This document shows positions 20,339-30,062 of a stretch of DNA of 44,763 bases, piece after piece (position 1 is the stretch's first letter; each line of letters starts with the position of its first letter). Source of the stretch: an uncultured Oscillospiraceae bacterium. GTDB taxonomy: Bacteria; Bacillota; Clostridia; Oscillospirales; Ruminococcaceae. The notes under the pieces were generated by a model. It saw nothing but the letters and a program-made list of their open reading frames with translations. It did not search any database and was not told where the DNA came from. The DNA lies in assembly GCA_964370225.1 (NCBI GenBank), contig CAYJII010000005.1, positions 1-44,763 of the forward strand, written 5' to 3'. The position numbers and the translations under genes were made by a program.

Positions 20339-22099
20339 TTGTTAAAGCTAGCGATATATCTAAAAAAATTTAAGAAAGAAACAATTATAGGACCCATTTT
20401 TAAGCTGTTGGAAGCTATTTTTGAGTTGAGCATACCCATAGTTATGGCGCTCATTATCGATGTTGGAATAAAAAATGGAGACTCAACCTACATAATTTTA
20501 ATGGGTGGTCTCATGATATTGCTTGGGCTAACAGGCTTAGGATTCGCTTTAATTTGTCAGTATTGTGCAGCAAAAGCTTCACAAGGATTTGGTACAGTTT
20601 TGCGGAATACTATCTTTGAGCATGTAGGCAAATTTTCATACGCTCAACTGGATAAGCTATCTACTTCCTCGCTCGTAACTAGGATTACTGGCGATGCAAA
20701 CCAGCTGCAACTAGCTGTTGCTATGCTAATACGCTTAGTGGTGCGAGCTCCATTTATCGCGATAGGTTCAATGATAATGGCTTTTGCTATAGACGCAAAG
20801 CTATCCATCATTTTCCTAATCTCCATGCCAATTATCGCCTTGCTTTTATATGTAATCATGTCAAAAAGCATTCCTTTTTATAAGGGGATACAAAAACTAA
20901 TTGACAGACTCACATTAATTACTAGAGAGAACTTAACTTCTGTGAGACTTATCCGCGCACTTAATGCGCAAGAACGTGAGACAAAACGTTTTGAGGAAGC
21001 AAATGATAATATATACCGCTCCACTACTTTTATCGGAAGGATATCATCCTTATTAAACCCGCTCACTACATTAGTTTTAAACGTCGCAATTATTGCAATC
21101 ATCTACTTTGGTGGTATCGAGGTAAACTCAGGCAATCTGACCCAAGGGGAAATTGTTGCGCTCATTAATTATATGACACAAATTTTACTTGCACTTATCG
21201 TAGTAGCTAATCTTGTAGTAATATTCACAAGAGCTGCTACTAGCGCTAGTAGAGTAAACGAAATTTTAGAAATAGTACCAGAAAAAACTACTTCTGATAC
21301 TGATGCTACTTTTAGCAATGATTATGATAATATTGTCGAGTTTAAGAATGTAAGTTTTTCTTACGACACTTCAGATAAAAATGCACTTAAAAACATAAAC
21401 TTCGCAATCAAAAAAGGGGAAACAATCGGGATTATCGGTGCAACAGGTTGCGGTAAAACTACCTTAATAAGTTTAATTCCTGCTTTTTATAACGCAACAA
21501 AAGGCGATGTGCTTATAAAAGGGATAAATGTAAAAAACATTTCCGCCTCCCAACTTAGCAAAATTGTCGGAGTAGTAGCTCAGCATAAATCCGCACTTTC
21601 AGGCACAATAAAAGATAATATCGTAATGAGTCGCCAAAATATCAGTGATGCTGATATACTAAAAGCTTTAGAAATTTCGCAAGCAAAAGAATATGTTCAA
21701 AAATTTGACGATGGACTAAGTCATAGAGTCGAACAAGGTGGTAAAAATTTATCGGGTGGCCAAATGCAAAGGCTTACAATAGCACGTGCTATCGTAACTA
21801 ATCCTGAAATTGTAATCTTAGATGACTCCTCAAGTGCACTTGACTACGCAACCGACTTAAAACTAAGGCGTGCACTTAAAGAAGAGCTTGACTGCGTTAG
21901 TATTGTAGTATCTCAAAGAGTTAATGCGATAAAGGATGCTGACAAAATTTTAGTTTTAGAAGAAGGCGAGCTTATCGATATGGGTAAACATGCACAGCTA
22001 TTTAATAGATGTGATGTTTATAACGAAATTTGCACATCACAATTAAGTGCAGATGAACTGGATAGCATTTTAAGTAAGGCAGGTGCAAACAATGAATAA
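20339..22099 (+). CDS. ABC exporter, fused permease/ATPase (heterodimer subunit A)
   Basis: Six-TM N-terminal half. Walker A GATGCGKTT, signature LSGGQMQR, Walker B ILDDSSSALD. TTG start; the in-frame upstream codon is TGA. Confidence 0.85.
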   Translation: MLKLAIYLKKFKKETIIGPIFKLLEAIFELSIPIVMALIIDVGIKNGDSTYIILMGGLMILLGLTGLGFALICQYCAAKASQGFGTVLRNTIFEHVGKFSYAQLDKLSTSSLVTRITGDANQLQLAVAMLIRLVVRAPFIAIGSMIMAFAIDAKLSIIFLISMPIIALLLYVIMSKSIPFYKGIQKLIDRLTLITRENLTSVRLIRALNAQERETKRFEEANDNIYRSTTFIGRISSLLNPLTTLVLNVAIIAIIYFGGIEVNSGNLTQGEIVALINYMTQILLALIVVANLVVIFTRAATSASRVNEILEIVPEKTTSDTDATFSNDYDNIVEFKNVSFSYDTSDKNALKNINFAIKKGETIGIIGATGCGKTTLISLIPAFYNATKGDVLIKGINVKNISASQLSKIVGVVAQHKSALSGTIKDNIVMSRQNISDADILKALEISQAKEYVQKFDDGLSHRVEQGGKNLSGGQMQRLTIARAIVTNPEIVILDDSSSALDYATDLKLRRALKEELDCVSIVVSQRVNAIKDADKILVLEEGELIDMGKHAQLFNRCDVYNEICTSQLSADELDSILSKAGANNE

Positions 22100-23825
22100 G
22101 ACCACTGCAATTAAGCTTTTAAAATTTATTAAGCCTCACAGACAATTTTTATTTATAGCGCTCATATGTTCATTAATAAGTGCGGGCTTTTCCCTATTCA
22201 TTCCTGTAGTTATTGGTCAAGCAGTTGACCATATCGTTGATATCAATAATGTTGATTTCGAGATGATTTTGCATTATATAAAAGTCTTAGCTATATTAAT
22301 TTTAGTAGGAGCAGTTTTTTCTTGGTTATTTACTTTTTCAATGAATATTGTGGCAGAAAAAACAGTTAAACTTCTACGCACTCGATGCTTTGAAAAGATT
22401 AATAGTTTAAGCATTGGCTATATAGATAAAAAATCACATGGCGATTTGATAGCAAGGGTTACAGTAGACATCGACCAAATCTCCACTGGGATATTACAAG
22501 GTTTTTCGAACCTCTTTAACGGTATCGTTACAATTGTAGTAACATTAATTTTTATGTTAACTGTCAACATACCAATAGCATTAGTTGTAGTTATTCTAAC
22601 TCCACTTTCTTTGTTTGTAGCTTCCTTTATAGCTAAAAGGACATTTAATACATTCAAGTTGCAATCACAAATTCGTGGAGAGATTACTGGATATTCACAA
22701 GAAATTTTTACAAACTTAAGACTCGTTAAGGCGTATAACTGCGAAGAGGCATCAAAAGAAAAGTATCAAGAGATTAATGATAGACTGTACACTAGTGGCG
22801 TTAAATCTCAGTTTTATTCTTCAATCACAAACCCATGCACCCGTTTTGTGAACGCTATTGTATATGCTGCAGTTGGAATTTGCGGTGCTATCATGTGTAT
22901 CTACTCGCCATTTTCAGTTGGACAGCTTTCTGCTTTTTTAGCATATGCAAATCAGTACACTAAACCTTTTAATGAAATTACAGGAGTATTGGCTGAACTC
23001 CAAAATGCGTTTGCAGGCGCGCAAAGAGTATTTGAGCTTTTAGAAGAAGATAAAATAGAGAGCGATAAACAACTGCGCCCTCTTAAATTTGAAAAGGGTA
23101 ATATTATATTTAAACAAGCTGCTTTCGCATATGATCCTAAAAGACCGCTGATTAAAAAACTAAACCTAATTGTAAAATCAGGACAAAGAGTCGCGATTGT
23201 AGGTCCTACCGGCTGTGGAAAAACTACTCTGATTAATCTATTAATGCGCTTTTATGACTTAAATTCGGGACAAATCGATATCGATGGACAGGACACAAGA
23301 TACACCACACGAGCTAGTCTGCGCACACAGTTTGGAACAGTTTTACAGGAGAGCGACTTATTTACCATGAGCATTAAAGACAATATCGCTTACGGTAAAC
23401 CAGACGCAGATATGGACAGCGTCATCGCAGCAGCTAAAAACGCGCATATCCACAATTTCATAATGCGATTACCAGATGGGTATGATACATTAATTAGCGA
23501 AAATTCGGATAATATTTCACAAGGACAAAAACAGCTTTTATGTATAGCAAGAACTATGTTGCTTGACCCACCTATGCTAATATTAGATGAAGCTACTAGC
23601 AATATAGATACTAGAACAGAAATGCAAATTCAAAAAGCATTTACAAAGATGATGGAAGGTAGAACTAGTTTCATAGTTGCGCATAGGCTATCTACTATCA
23701 AGGAAGCAGATATTATCCTTGTTATGAATGATGGCGATATAATAGAGCAAGGTAACCATGAAGATTTGATAGCTAAAAAAGGTTTTTACTGCGAATTATA
23801 TAATTCTCAGTTTGCAAAACAATAA
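22083..23825 (+). CDS. ABC exporter, fused permease/ATPase (heterodimer subunit B)
   Basis: Walker A GPTGCGKTT, signature ISQGQKQL, Walker B ILDEATSNID, H-loop. Overlaps the upstream partner by 17 nt. Confidence 0.85.
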   Translation: MQTMNKTTAIKLLKFIKPHRQFLFIALICSLISAGFSLFIPVVIGQAVDHIVDINNVDFEMILHYIKVLAILILVGAVFSWLFTFSMNIVAEKTVKLLRTRCFEKINSLSIGYIDKKSHGDLIARVTVDIDQISTGILQGFSNLFNGIVTIVVTLIFMLTVNIPIALVVVILTPLSLFVASFIAKRTFNTFKLQSQIRGEITGYSQEIFTNLRLVKAYNCEEASKEKYQEINDRLYTSGVKSQFYSSITNPCTRFVNAIVYAAVGICGAIMCIYSPFSVGQLSAFLAYANQYTKPFNEITGVLAELQNAFAGAQRVFELLEEDKIESDKQLRPLKFEKGNIIFKQAAFAYDPKRPLIKKLNLIVKSGQRVAIVGPTGCGKTTLINLLMRFYDLNSGQIDIDGQDTRYTTRASLRTQFGTVLQESDLFTMSIKDNIAYGKPDADMDSVIAAAKNAHIHNFIMRLPDGYDTLISENSDNISQGQKQLLCIARTMLLDPPMLILDEATSNIDTRTEMQIQKAFTKMMEGRTSFIVAHRLSTIKEADIILVMNDGDIIEQGNHEDLIAKKGFYCELYNSQFAKQ

Positions 23826-23880
23826 AAACTGTGTTATAATACCCCTTATTAGTATTAAATTAAAAAGTGTATGGTGATTT

Positions 23881-24534
23881 ATGAAAGATATAAAAAGAAT
23901 AAGTATTATTTGTGGACATTATGGCTGTGGAAAGACAAATTTTGCTGTAAATCTTGCATTAGATTTAGCAAAGAGCAATAAGTCAGTAACTATAATAGAT
24001 TTAGATATAGTAAACCCATACTTTAGAGTAGCGGATTTTACTGAGTTGTTTTTGGAAAACAATATCAAACTGCTCGCTCCACAGTTTGCTAATACTAATT
24101 TAGATTTACCTGTGCTCCCTCAGGGCATAGTCTCTGCAATAAATAACGAAGATGAGTATCTCATCATCGATGTTGGTGGTGATGATGCAGGAGCAGTAGC
24201 ATTAGGTGGATTTGCAAAAGAAATACAAAAGTATGACTATGACATGTACTATGTTGTAAATGCATATAGATTTTTAACTGGCGAAGTAAGTGATAATCTT
24301 GAGCTTATGAACAATATTAATTTTTCATCTAGGTTGCAATTTACTAAAATAGTCAACAACTCTAACTTAGGTGCAAAAACTACATTGGAGAATATCAAAA
24401 GTTCAACTTTACTAGTTGATGAGCTTGCAACTTTATCAAATTTGCCTGTTGCATTTACTACCTCAGCCGATTTCTTAAATTTACAAAACGAGTATTATCC
24501 TGTAAAGATTTTTGTTAAATCATCATGGGATTAA
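23881..24534 (+). CDS. small P-loop NTPase of unknown function
   Basis: Walker A-like CGHYGCGKTNF and a Walker B-like hydrophobic strand ending in D (LIIDVGGDD). 217 aa. Sits 29 nt upstream of korD. Confidence 0.5.
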   Translation: MKDIKRISIICGHYGCGKTNFAVNLALDLAKSNKSVTIIDLDIVNPYFRVADFTELFLENNIKLLAPQFANTNLDLPVLPQGIVSAINNEDEYLIIDVGGDDAGAVALGGFAKEIQKYDYDMYYVVNAYRFLTGEVSDNLELMNNINFSSRLQFTKIVNNSNLGAKTTLENIKSSTLLVDELATLSNLPVAFTTSADFLNLQNEYYPVKIFVKSSWD

Positions 24535-24563
24535 TTATAAGTATTAACTAAGGAGGTAAAGCT

Positions 24564-24770
24564 ATGCCAAAAGTAACAATTAATTCAGAATTATGCAAGG
24601 GTTGCCAGTTATGTGTAAACGCATGTCCAAAAAAAATCCTTGAATGTAGCAAAGACAAACTAAATGCTAAAGGTTACCACCCTTCACAAGTGTTGGAGCC
24701 TGAAAAATGCATCGGTTGTGCAATGTGCGCGCTGATGTGCCCTGATTGCGTAATCACAGTAGAGAAATAA
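24564..24770 (+). CDS. korD: 2-oxoacid:ferredoxin oxidoreductase delta subunit (2x[4Fe-4S] ferredoxin)
   Basis: Two CxxCxxCxxxCP motifs in 68 aa. RBS AAGGAGG. Leads a four-gene oxidoreductase operon. Confidence 0.8.
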   Translation: MPKVTINSELCKGCQLCVNACPKKILECSKDKLNAKGYHPSQVLEPEKCIGCAMCALMCPDCVITVEK

Positions 24771-24797
24771 TGTATCTAAGAAAGGACTTGAATATAT

Positions 24798-25868
24798 ATG
24801 GGTAAAACATATTTAATGAAAGGTAACGAAGCCTTAGCAGAAGCAGCAATCAGAGCGGGTTGCAAGCATTTCTTTGGCTATCCAATAACTCCACAAACCG
24901 AAATTTCAGCTTATATGTCAAAACGTATGCCTAAACTTGATGGTGTGTTTTTACAAGCTGAGTCAGAAGTTGCTGCTATAAACATGGTTTTAGGTGCTGC
25001 ATCTGCTGGTGTTAGAACTATGACATCTTCCTCCTCACCTGGGATTAGTCTTAAAACTGAGGGGATTTCCTATATTGCAGGCTCAGACTTGCCTTGCGTT
25101 ATAGTTAATGTTATGAGAGGTGGCCCTGGTCTTGGCGGAATTCAGCCTTCACAAGCTGATTACTGGCAAGCTACAAAAGCTTTAGGTCACGGCGATTTCC
25201 ACGTAATTACTTACGCTCCATCAAGTGTGCAAGAAATCGTTGATTTAATCAGCAAAGCTTTTGATGCATCTGATGAATATCGTGTTCCTTCCCTAATTTT
25301 AGCTGACGGTATATTGGGACAAATGATGGAACCTGTTACTTTCCCAGATGAAGATAATGCAAAGAAAGTTGATAAACCTTGGGCTACAAATGGTACTGAG
25401 GGCAAAAGAAAACCAAATATTACAAACTCGCTTATCCTAAACCCACATGGTCTGGAAAAAAGCGTACAAGACAGATTTGCTCGTTACGAAAAAATTAAAG
25501 AAAACGAAACTTTAGTTGAAGAATATAACGTTAGCGATGCTGATATTGTATTAGTTTCATATGGTGCTACTGCTCGAGTAGTGCGTAGTGCTGTTAATGC
25601 TGCTAGAGAAGCTGGTATTAAAGCTGGTATGATTAGACCTATCACAGTTTGGCCATTCCCAACTGACGCTGTAGTTCGTGCTGCTTCAAACTGCAAAAAA
25701 ATGATGGTAGTTGAGATGAGCATGGGGCAAATGGTTGATGATGTTAAAATAGCGGTAGATGGAAGATGTCCTGTTGAATTTTACGGAAGAACAGGCGGAG
25801 TTGTGCCTTCACCAAGAGAAATATTAGAACAAATCACAGCATTAAACGATGCAATGAAAGGAGAATAA
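24798..25868 (+). CDS. korA: 2-oxoacid:ferredoxin oxidoreductase alpha subunit
   Basis: 356 aa with a pyruvate-flavodoxin/ferredoxin oxidoreductase core domain. The specific substrate (2-oxoglutarate vs branched 2-oxoacid) cannot be told from sequence here. Confidence 0.85.
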   Translation: MGKTYLMKGNEALAEAAIRAGCKHFFGYPITPQTEISAYMSKRMPKLDGVFLQAESEVAAINMVLGAASAGVRTMTSSSSPGISLKTEGISYIAGSDLPCVIVNVMRGGPGLGGIQPSQADYWQATKALGHGDFHVITYAPSSVQEIVDLISKAFDASDEYRVPSLILADGILGQMMEPVTFPDEDNAKKVDKPWATNGTEGKRKPNITNSLILNPHGLEKSVQDRFARYEKIKENETLVEEYNVSDADIVLVSYGATARVVRSAVNAAREAGIKAGMIRPITVWPFPTDAVVRAASNCKKMMVVEMSMGQMVDDVKIAVDGRCPVEFYGRTGGVVPSPREILEQITALNDAMKGE

Positions 25869-25872
25869 TGAT

Positions 25873-26625
25873 ATGGCAGTTGTATTTGAAAAAACTATCG
25901 GCTTGACCGAAAAACCTACACATTACTGTCCCGGATGTACTCATGGGATTATACATAGACTTGTAGCAGAAAGCTTAGTTGAGCTTGACCTATTAGGTAA
26001 ATCTGTTGCAGTTGTTCCTGTTGGCTGCTCTGTTATGGCATACGATTACTTTAACTGTGACTGTATCCAAGCTCCTCACGGTAGAGCTCCTGCAGTTGCT
26101 ACTGGTGTAAAACGTGCTTTGACTGACAATATCGTTTTCACATACCAAGGTGATGGCGATTTAGCTGCTATTGGTACTGCTGAAACAGTTCACGCTGCTA
26201 CTCGTGGAGAAAATCTTACTGTAATCTTTGTAAATAACGCTATTTATGGTATGACAGGTGGACAAATGGCTCCTACTACTTTAGCAAACCAAGTAACTCA
26301 AACTACTCCATACGGACGTGATGTTACAAGAGCAGGTTTCCCTATCAAAATGAGCGAAATGCTATCTACATTAGACGGCGTTGCCTTTGCACAAAGAGTT
26401 AGTGTAACAACTCCAAAATACGTAAGAGAAGCTAAAGCTGCTATAAAAAAAGCATTCCAAGTACAAAGCGAGAAAAAAGGATTTTCTATTATAGAAGTTC
26501 TTTCGACTTGCCCAACAAACTGGGGACTATCCCCTGTTGAAGCGATTGACTGGCTACATGAAAATATGTTGCCATATTATCCGCTTGGCGTGTATAAAGA
26601 TAAATCAGAGGAGGGTGTATTTTAA
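25873..26625 (+). CDS. korB: 2-oxoacid:ferredoxin oxidoreductase beta subunit (TPP-binding)
   Basis: CPGCTHG motif and the GDG...NN TPP-binding region (YQGDGDLAAIGTAE...NNAIYGMTGGQ). Confidence 0.85.
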   Translation: MAVVFEKTIGLTEKPTHYCPGCTHGIIHRLVAESLVELDLLGKSVAVVPVGCSVMAYDYFNCDCIQAPHGRAPAVATGVKRALTDNIVFTYQGDGDLAAIGTAETVHAATRGENLTVIFVNNAIYGMTGGQMAPTTLANQVTQTTPYGRDVTRAGFPIKMSEMLSTLDGVAFAQRVSVTTPKYVREAKAAIKKAFQVQSEKKGFSIIEVLSTCPTNWGLSPVEAIDWLHENMLPYYPLGVYKDKSEEGVF

Positions 26626-27161
26626 TGTTAGTTAATATGCTTATTGCCGGTTTCGGTGGACAAGGCGTACTTTTTAGCGGAAAAATTATCGCTTACACTG
26701 GACTTATTGAAAAGAAAAATGTTTCGTGGCTCCCTTCTTATGGGCCTGAAATGCGTGGCGGCACTGCTAACTGCTCCGTTTGTATCGATACAGCAGAAAT
26801 TGGTTGCCCTATCGTGCTTGAACCAGATACTTTAGTTGCGATGAACCGTCCTTCTTATGATAAATTTATTGGCGATGTAAATACTGGTGGTGTCGTAGTA
26901 TATGATAGCTCACTTATCGACATCGACAAAGAGCGTGAAGATATAACTTCAGTTGCAATTCCTGCTTCCTCAATGGCAGTTGAAAACGAGCTTGATGGGC
27001 TTGCAAATATTATCATTTTAGGCGCAACTCTTAAAGCAACTAATTTCACTGATTTTGAAGTTGTGTGCGATGCAATTGAGCAATGTGTTCCTGCTTCTAA
27101 AAAACATTTGTTAGAGCCAAATAAACGCGCATTAAAACTGGGCTATGATTTTGTAAATTAA
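26625..27161 (+). CDS. korC: 2-oxoacid:ferredoxin oxidoreductase gamma subunit
   Basis: 178 aa with N-terminal AGFGGQGV. Start overlaps the korB stop. Confidence 0.85.
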   Translation: MLVNMLIAGFGGQGVLFSGKIIAYTGLIEKKNVSWLPSYGPEMRGGTANCSVCIDTAEIGCPIVLEPDTLVAMNRPSYDKFIGDVNTGGVVVYDSSLIDIDKEREDITSVAIPASSMAVENELDGLANIIILGATLKATNFTDFEVVCDAIEQCVPASKKHLLEPNKRALKLGYDFVN

Positions 27162-27211
27162 GATTAATCCATTATATCTATTTTCAATAAATTTTCGAAA
27201 AATTTCGAAAA

Positions 27212-27245
27212 AAATATAGCATTTTTCATTAAGTTGTGTTATAAT
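27212..27245 (+). promoter_or_regulatory. putative extended -10 promoter (TGtTATAAT) for darA-holB-ricT
   Basis: gtgTTATAATg at 27237-27245 with a weak -35. Tandem TTTCGAAA palindromes lie just upstream. Confidence 0.4.
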
Positions 27246-27351
27246 GTAATTGAACCTATCGTTATTGTAAATAGCGGTAGAAGCCCCATTATCAAACATA
27301 TAATGGGAAAATAAATTTAAGTCGACGTAAAGCGGCAGATAGGAGCTTTTT

Positions 27352-27675
27352 ATGAAACTGATTTATGCAATAGTTAGCGATGATGACAGTATGGTAGTAT
27401 CAAAACAATTAACAAAGAATGGCTTTTTTGCAACAAAACTTGCGAGTACTGGTGGATTTTTAATGTCCGGAAACACAACTTTTATGGTCTGCGTTGAAGA
27501 CGATAAAGTTGATGAAGTTATCGAAGTCATTAAAAACAACTCCAAGAAAAGAAAACAAATGGTTCCATCTTCAGCAACATATGGTCTGGGGTCATATACA
27601 CCATTCCCTGTTGAAGTAACTGTCGGCGGCGCTACAATTTTCGTTTCAAATGTAGAAAGATTTGAAAAAATTTAG
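27352..27675 (+). CDS. darA: cyclic-di-AMP receptor protein DarA/PstA (PII-like, DUF970/YaaQ)
   Basis: 107 aa with a PII-like fold. Conserved GFFATKLASTGGF T-loop region. Synteny with holB and yaaT as in Bacillus yaaQ. Confidence 0.85.
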   Translation: MKLIYAIVSDDDSMVVSKQLTKNGFFATKLASTGGFLMSGNTTFMVCVEDDKVDEVIEVIKNNSKKRKQMVPSSATYGLGSYTPFPVEVTVGGATIFVSNVERFEKI

Positions 27676-27678
27676 TTT

Positions 27679-28653
27679 ATGAAACAAAATCTAATTGGAA
27701 ACAAGACAGCAAAACTTTTGCTTAATAATTTAAAAAACACCGCTAATTTTTCTCATGCATATTTAATTCATGGCGAAGATGGTATCGGAAAAAAAACTTT
27801 TGCTGATATGCTCATTTTAAGCTTGTTGTGCGAAGATACTGATTCTAAGGACCCATGCTTTAACTGCGCATCGTGTAAGAAATTCTTAAGCGGTAGTCAT
27901 CCAGATGTATTTATTTTGCACGGCAAAGCCGTGCAAAATTCTATTCGTATAGACCAAATCAGGAATATACGAAAACTTTGTTATATAAAGCCTAATGAGT
28001 CACAAGTGAGCATTTATTTAATAACAAATGCTCATTGTATGACTATTGAAGCAATGAATGCTTTCTTAAAAATTTTAGAAGAACCACCGAAACATGCTGT
28101 TTTTATTTTAACAGCTTCTTCAAAGTATGCTTTGGCTCAAACTGTAATTTCGCGTTTAACATGTTTAGAGCTCTTCCCTATTTCAAATGATGAGATTAAA
28201 ACTTATCTTATAGAAAACTATCCCGATAAAAGTTTAGATGAAATAAACTTAGCAGTCGGTTTTTCTGACGGTGTTTTAGGTAAAGCTATAGCATTTGTCA
28301 CTGATGAAAGTTATGCTAATAGCGCAAATAAGGCGCTTGACATTTTGACCGCCTTAGCTAGTAAAAATGAGTATGAAGTTTTACGGCTATTAAACGAATT
28401 TGACAATGATAAAAAGAAATTTGTTATATGTCTTAAGATAATTAGTTATGAGCTGAGAAACATACTTCTATATAAAGAAAAAATATTGACGCAAGATGAT
28501 GTTAATATAAAACTTGCAAATACTATTACAAAAATGCAAACTACAAATTTACTTGATTTTGTGCAAGAGGCAATGAATATTTTTAACACGAATGCTAATT
28601 ATAATTTGACTGTTGCGCATATATGTGCTAAGATGCATATGATAGTGGATTGA
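27679..28653 (+). CDS. holB: DNA polymerase III subunit delta'
   Basis: AAA+ P-loop GEDGIGKKT and zinc module CFNCASCKKF. Length 324 aa. Confidence 0.88.
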   Translation: MKQNLIGNKTAKLLLNNLKNTANFSHAYLIHGEDGIGKKTFADMLILSLLCEDTDSKDPCFNCASCKKFLSGSHPDVFILHGKAVQNSIRIDQIRNIRKLCYIKPNESQVSIYLITNAHCMTIEAMNAFLKILEEPPKHAVFILTASSKYALAQTVISRLTCLELFPISNDEIKTYLIENYPDKSLDEINLAVGFSDGVLGKAIAFVTDESYANSANKALDILTALASKNEYEVLRLLNEFDNDKKKFVICLKIISYELRNILLYKEKILTQDDVNIKLANTITKMQTTNLLDFVQEAMNIFNTNANYNLTVAHICAKMHMIVD

Positions 28654-28690
28654 TTATATATACTTTTGTATCGTAAGAATGGAGATAATT

Positions 28691-29560
28691 ATGCCGGAAA
28701 TAATAGGAGTTAGATTTAAAAGTGTGGGCAAAGTTTATTATTTTGCTCCCAATAAAAAATCTTACAGTTTAGGCGACAAAGTCATCGTTGAGACTTCAAG
28801 AGGAGTTGAATGCGGTGAAGTTGTTATGGAAAATAAAGAAGTCGGCGAAGATAAAATTTCTTCTCCTTTAAAGCCAGTTATCAGGCTTGCTAGCAAAGAT
28901 GACTTACAGACTATAAAGCGTAACGAAGGCAAAGAAGATCACGCATTTAAAGTTTGTGCGGAAAAAATAATAGAACATAAACTTGATATGAAACTAGTAG
29001 ATGTGGAATACACTTTTGATTCCAACAAAATTTTATTTTACTTCACCGCTGACGGACGCATCGATTTTAGAGAGCTTGTAAAAGACTTGGCTTCCATGTT
29101 TAAAACAAGAATTGAGCTTAGACAAATTGGTGTGCGCGATGAATCAAAAATGCTTGGCGGTCTTGGTGTTTGTGGCAGACCATTTTGCTGTCACACCTTC
29201 CTAGGTGAATTCCAGCCAGTTTCAATAAAAATGGCCAAAGAGCAAGGTCTTTCGCTCAACCCTACTAAAATTTCAGGCACATGTGGCAGGCTTATGTGTT
29301 GTTTGAAGTATGAGCAAGAGGGCTATGAGGAATTGCTAAAAATTACACCTAAAAATGGGGCTTATGTTAATACTCCAGATGGTAAGGGAAATGTTATCGA
29401 TGTGAATTTATTAACAGGCGAGCTTAAAATTAAGCTTTCTGATAAACAAGACGCTGCGCCTCGCACATTTAATAAAAAAGACATCAAAGTGATAAAAGAT
29501 GGGCAAATAAGACTAAACAAACAAGAACTTGCCTCATTAAAAGAAATAGAAGATAAATAA
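28691..29560 (+). CDS. ricT: RicT/YaaT (PSP1 C-terminal domain) regulatory iron-sulfur protein
   Basis: PSP1 domain with the conserved GVCGRPFCCHTF and GTCGRLMCC cysteine motifs. Start moved to the ATG at 28691, which has GGAG 6 nt upstream. Confidence 0.85.
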   Translation: MPEIIGVRFKSVGKVYYFAPNKKSYSLGDKVIVETSRGVECGEVVMENKEVGEDKISSPLKPVIRLASKDDLQTIKRNEGKEDHAFKVCAEKIIEHKLDMKLVDVEYTFDSNKILFYFTADGRIDFRELVKDLASMFKTRIELRQIGVRDESKMLGGLGVCGRPFCCHTFLGEFQPVSIKMAKEQGLSLNPTKISGTCGRLMCCLKYEQEGYEELLKITPKNGAYVNTPDGKGNVIDVNLLTGELKIKLSDKQDAAPRTFNKKDIKVIKDGQIRLNKQELASLKEIEDK

Positions 29561-29567
29561 TTTATGC

Positions 29568-29596
29568 TTGATAAATAAATATTTATGTGATATACT
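29568..29596 (+). promoter_or_regulatory. sigma-A type promoter (TTGATA-17-TATACT) for ferredoxin gene
   Basis: Hexamers at 29568-73 and 29591-96 with a 17-nt spacer. Confidence 0.5.
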
Positions 29597-29641
29597 TGTA
29601 CTTAATTAATAATCTAGTTTAATCTTTACCTTACAAAAGGT

Positions 29642-29670
29642 TTAGATTAATATTTTGGTTATTAATCTAA
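29642..29670. promoter_or_regulatory. perfect 10-9-10 inverted repeat TTAGATTAAT-N9-ATTAATCTAA in ferredoxin 5' leader (candidate operator or leader hairpin)
   Basis: Perfect 10-bp arms seen directly in the sequence. Located between the predicted -10 and the RBS AAGAGGAGG. Confidence 0.4.
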
Positions 29671-29691
29671 AATTAAGAGGAGGTGTATTAA

Positions 29692-29862
<171 letters not shown>

Positions 29863-29883
29863 TTAATATTTCAATTTAGTATT

Positions 29884-29911
29884 AAACGCTGCAATTTATT
29901 TTGCGGCGTTT
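29884..29911 (+). terminator. hairpin terminator after ferredoxin
   Basis: aaacgctgcaa/ttgcggcgttt stem with one G-U pair and a 6-nt loop. The trailing T-run is interrupted. Confidence 0.45.
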
Positions 29912-29934
29912 AGTCTATTTATTTAAAAAATGTT

Positions 29935-29963
29935 TTGACAAAAATTAAATTTTATGTTAGAAT
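29935..29963 (+). promoter_or_regulatory. sigma-A promoter TTGACA-17-TAGAAT for rpsO
   Basis: Consensus -35 at 29935-40. 17-nt spacer. -10 TAGAAT at 29958-63. Confidence 0.6.
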
Positions 29964-30062
29964 ATATCTGTTATGCCACGGTTTATGGGATACGCCGATG
30001 TATTTCGGAATTCGCCTAGCCATTTACTGTGACATTAACGAAAAAATAATGAGGTGAAAACA

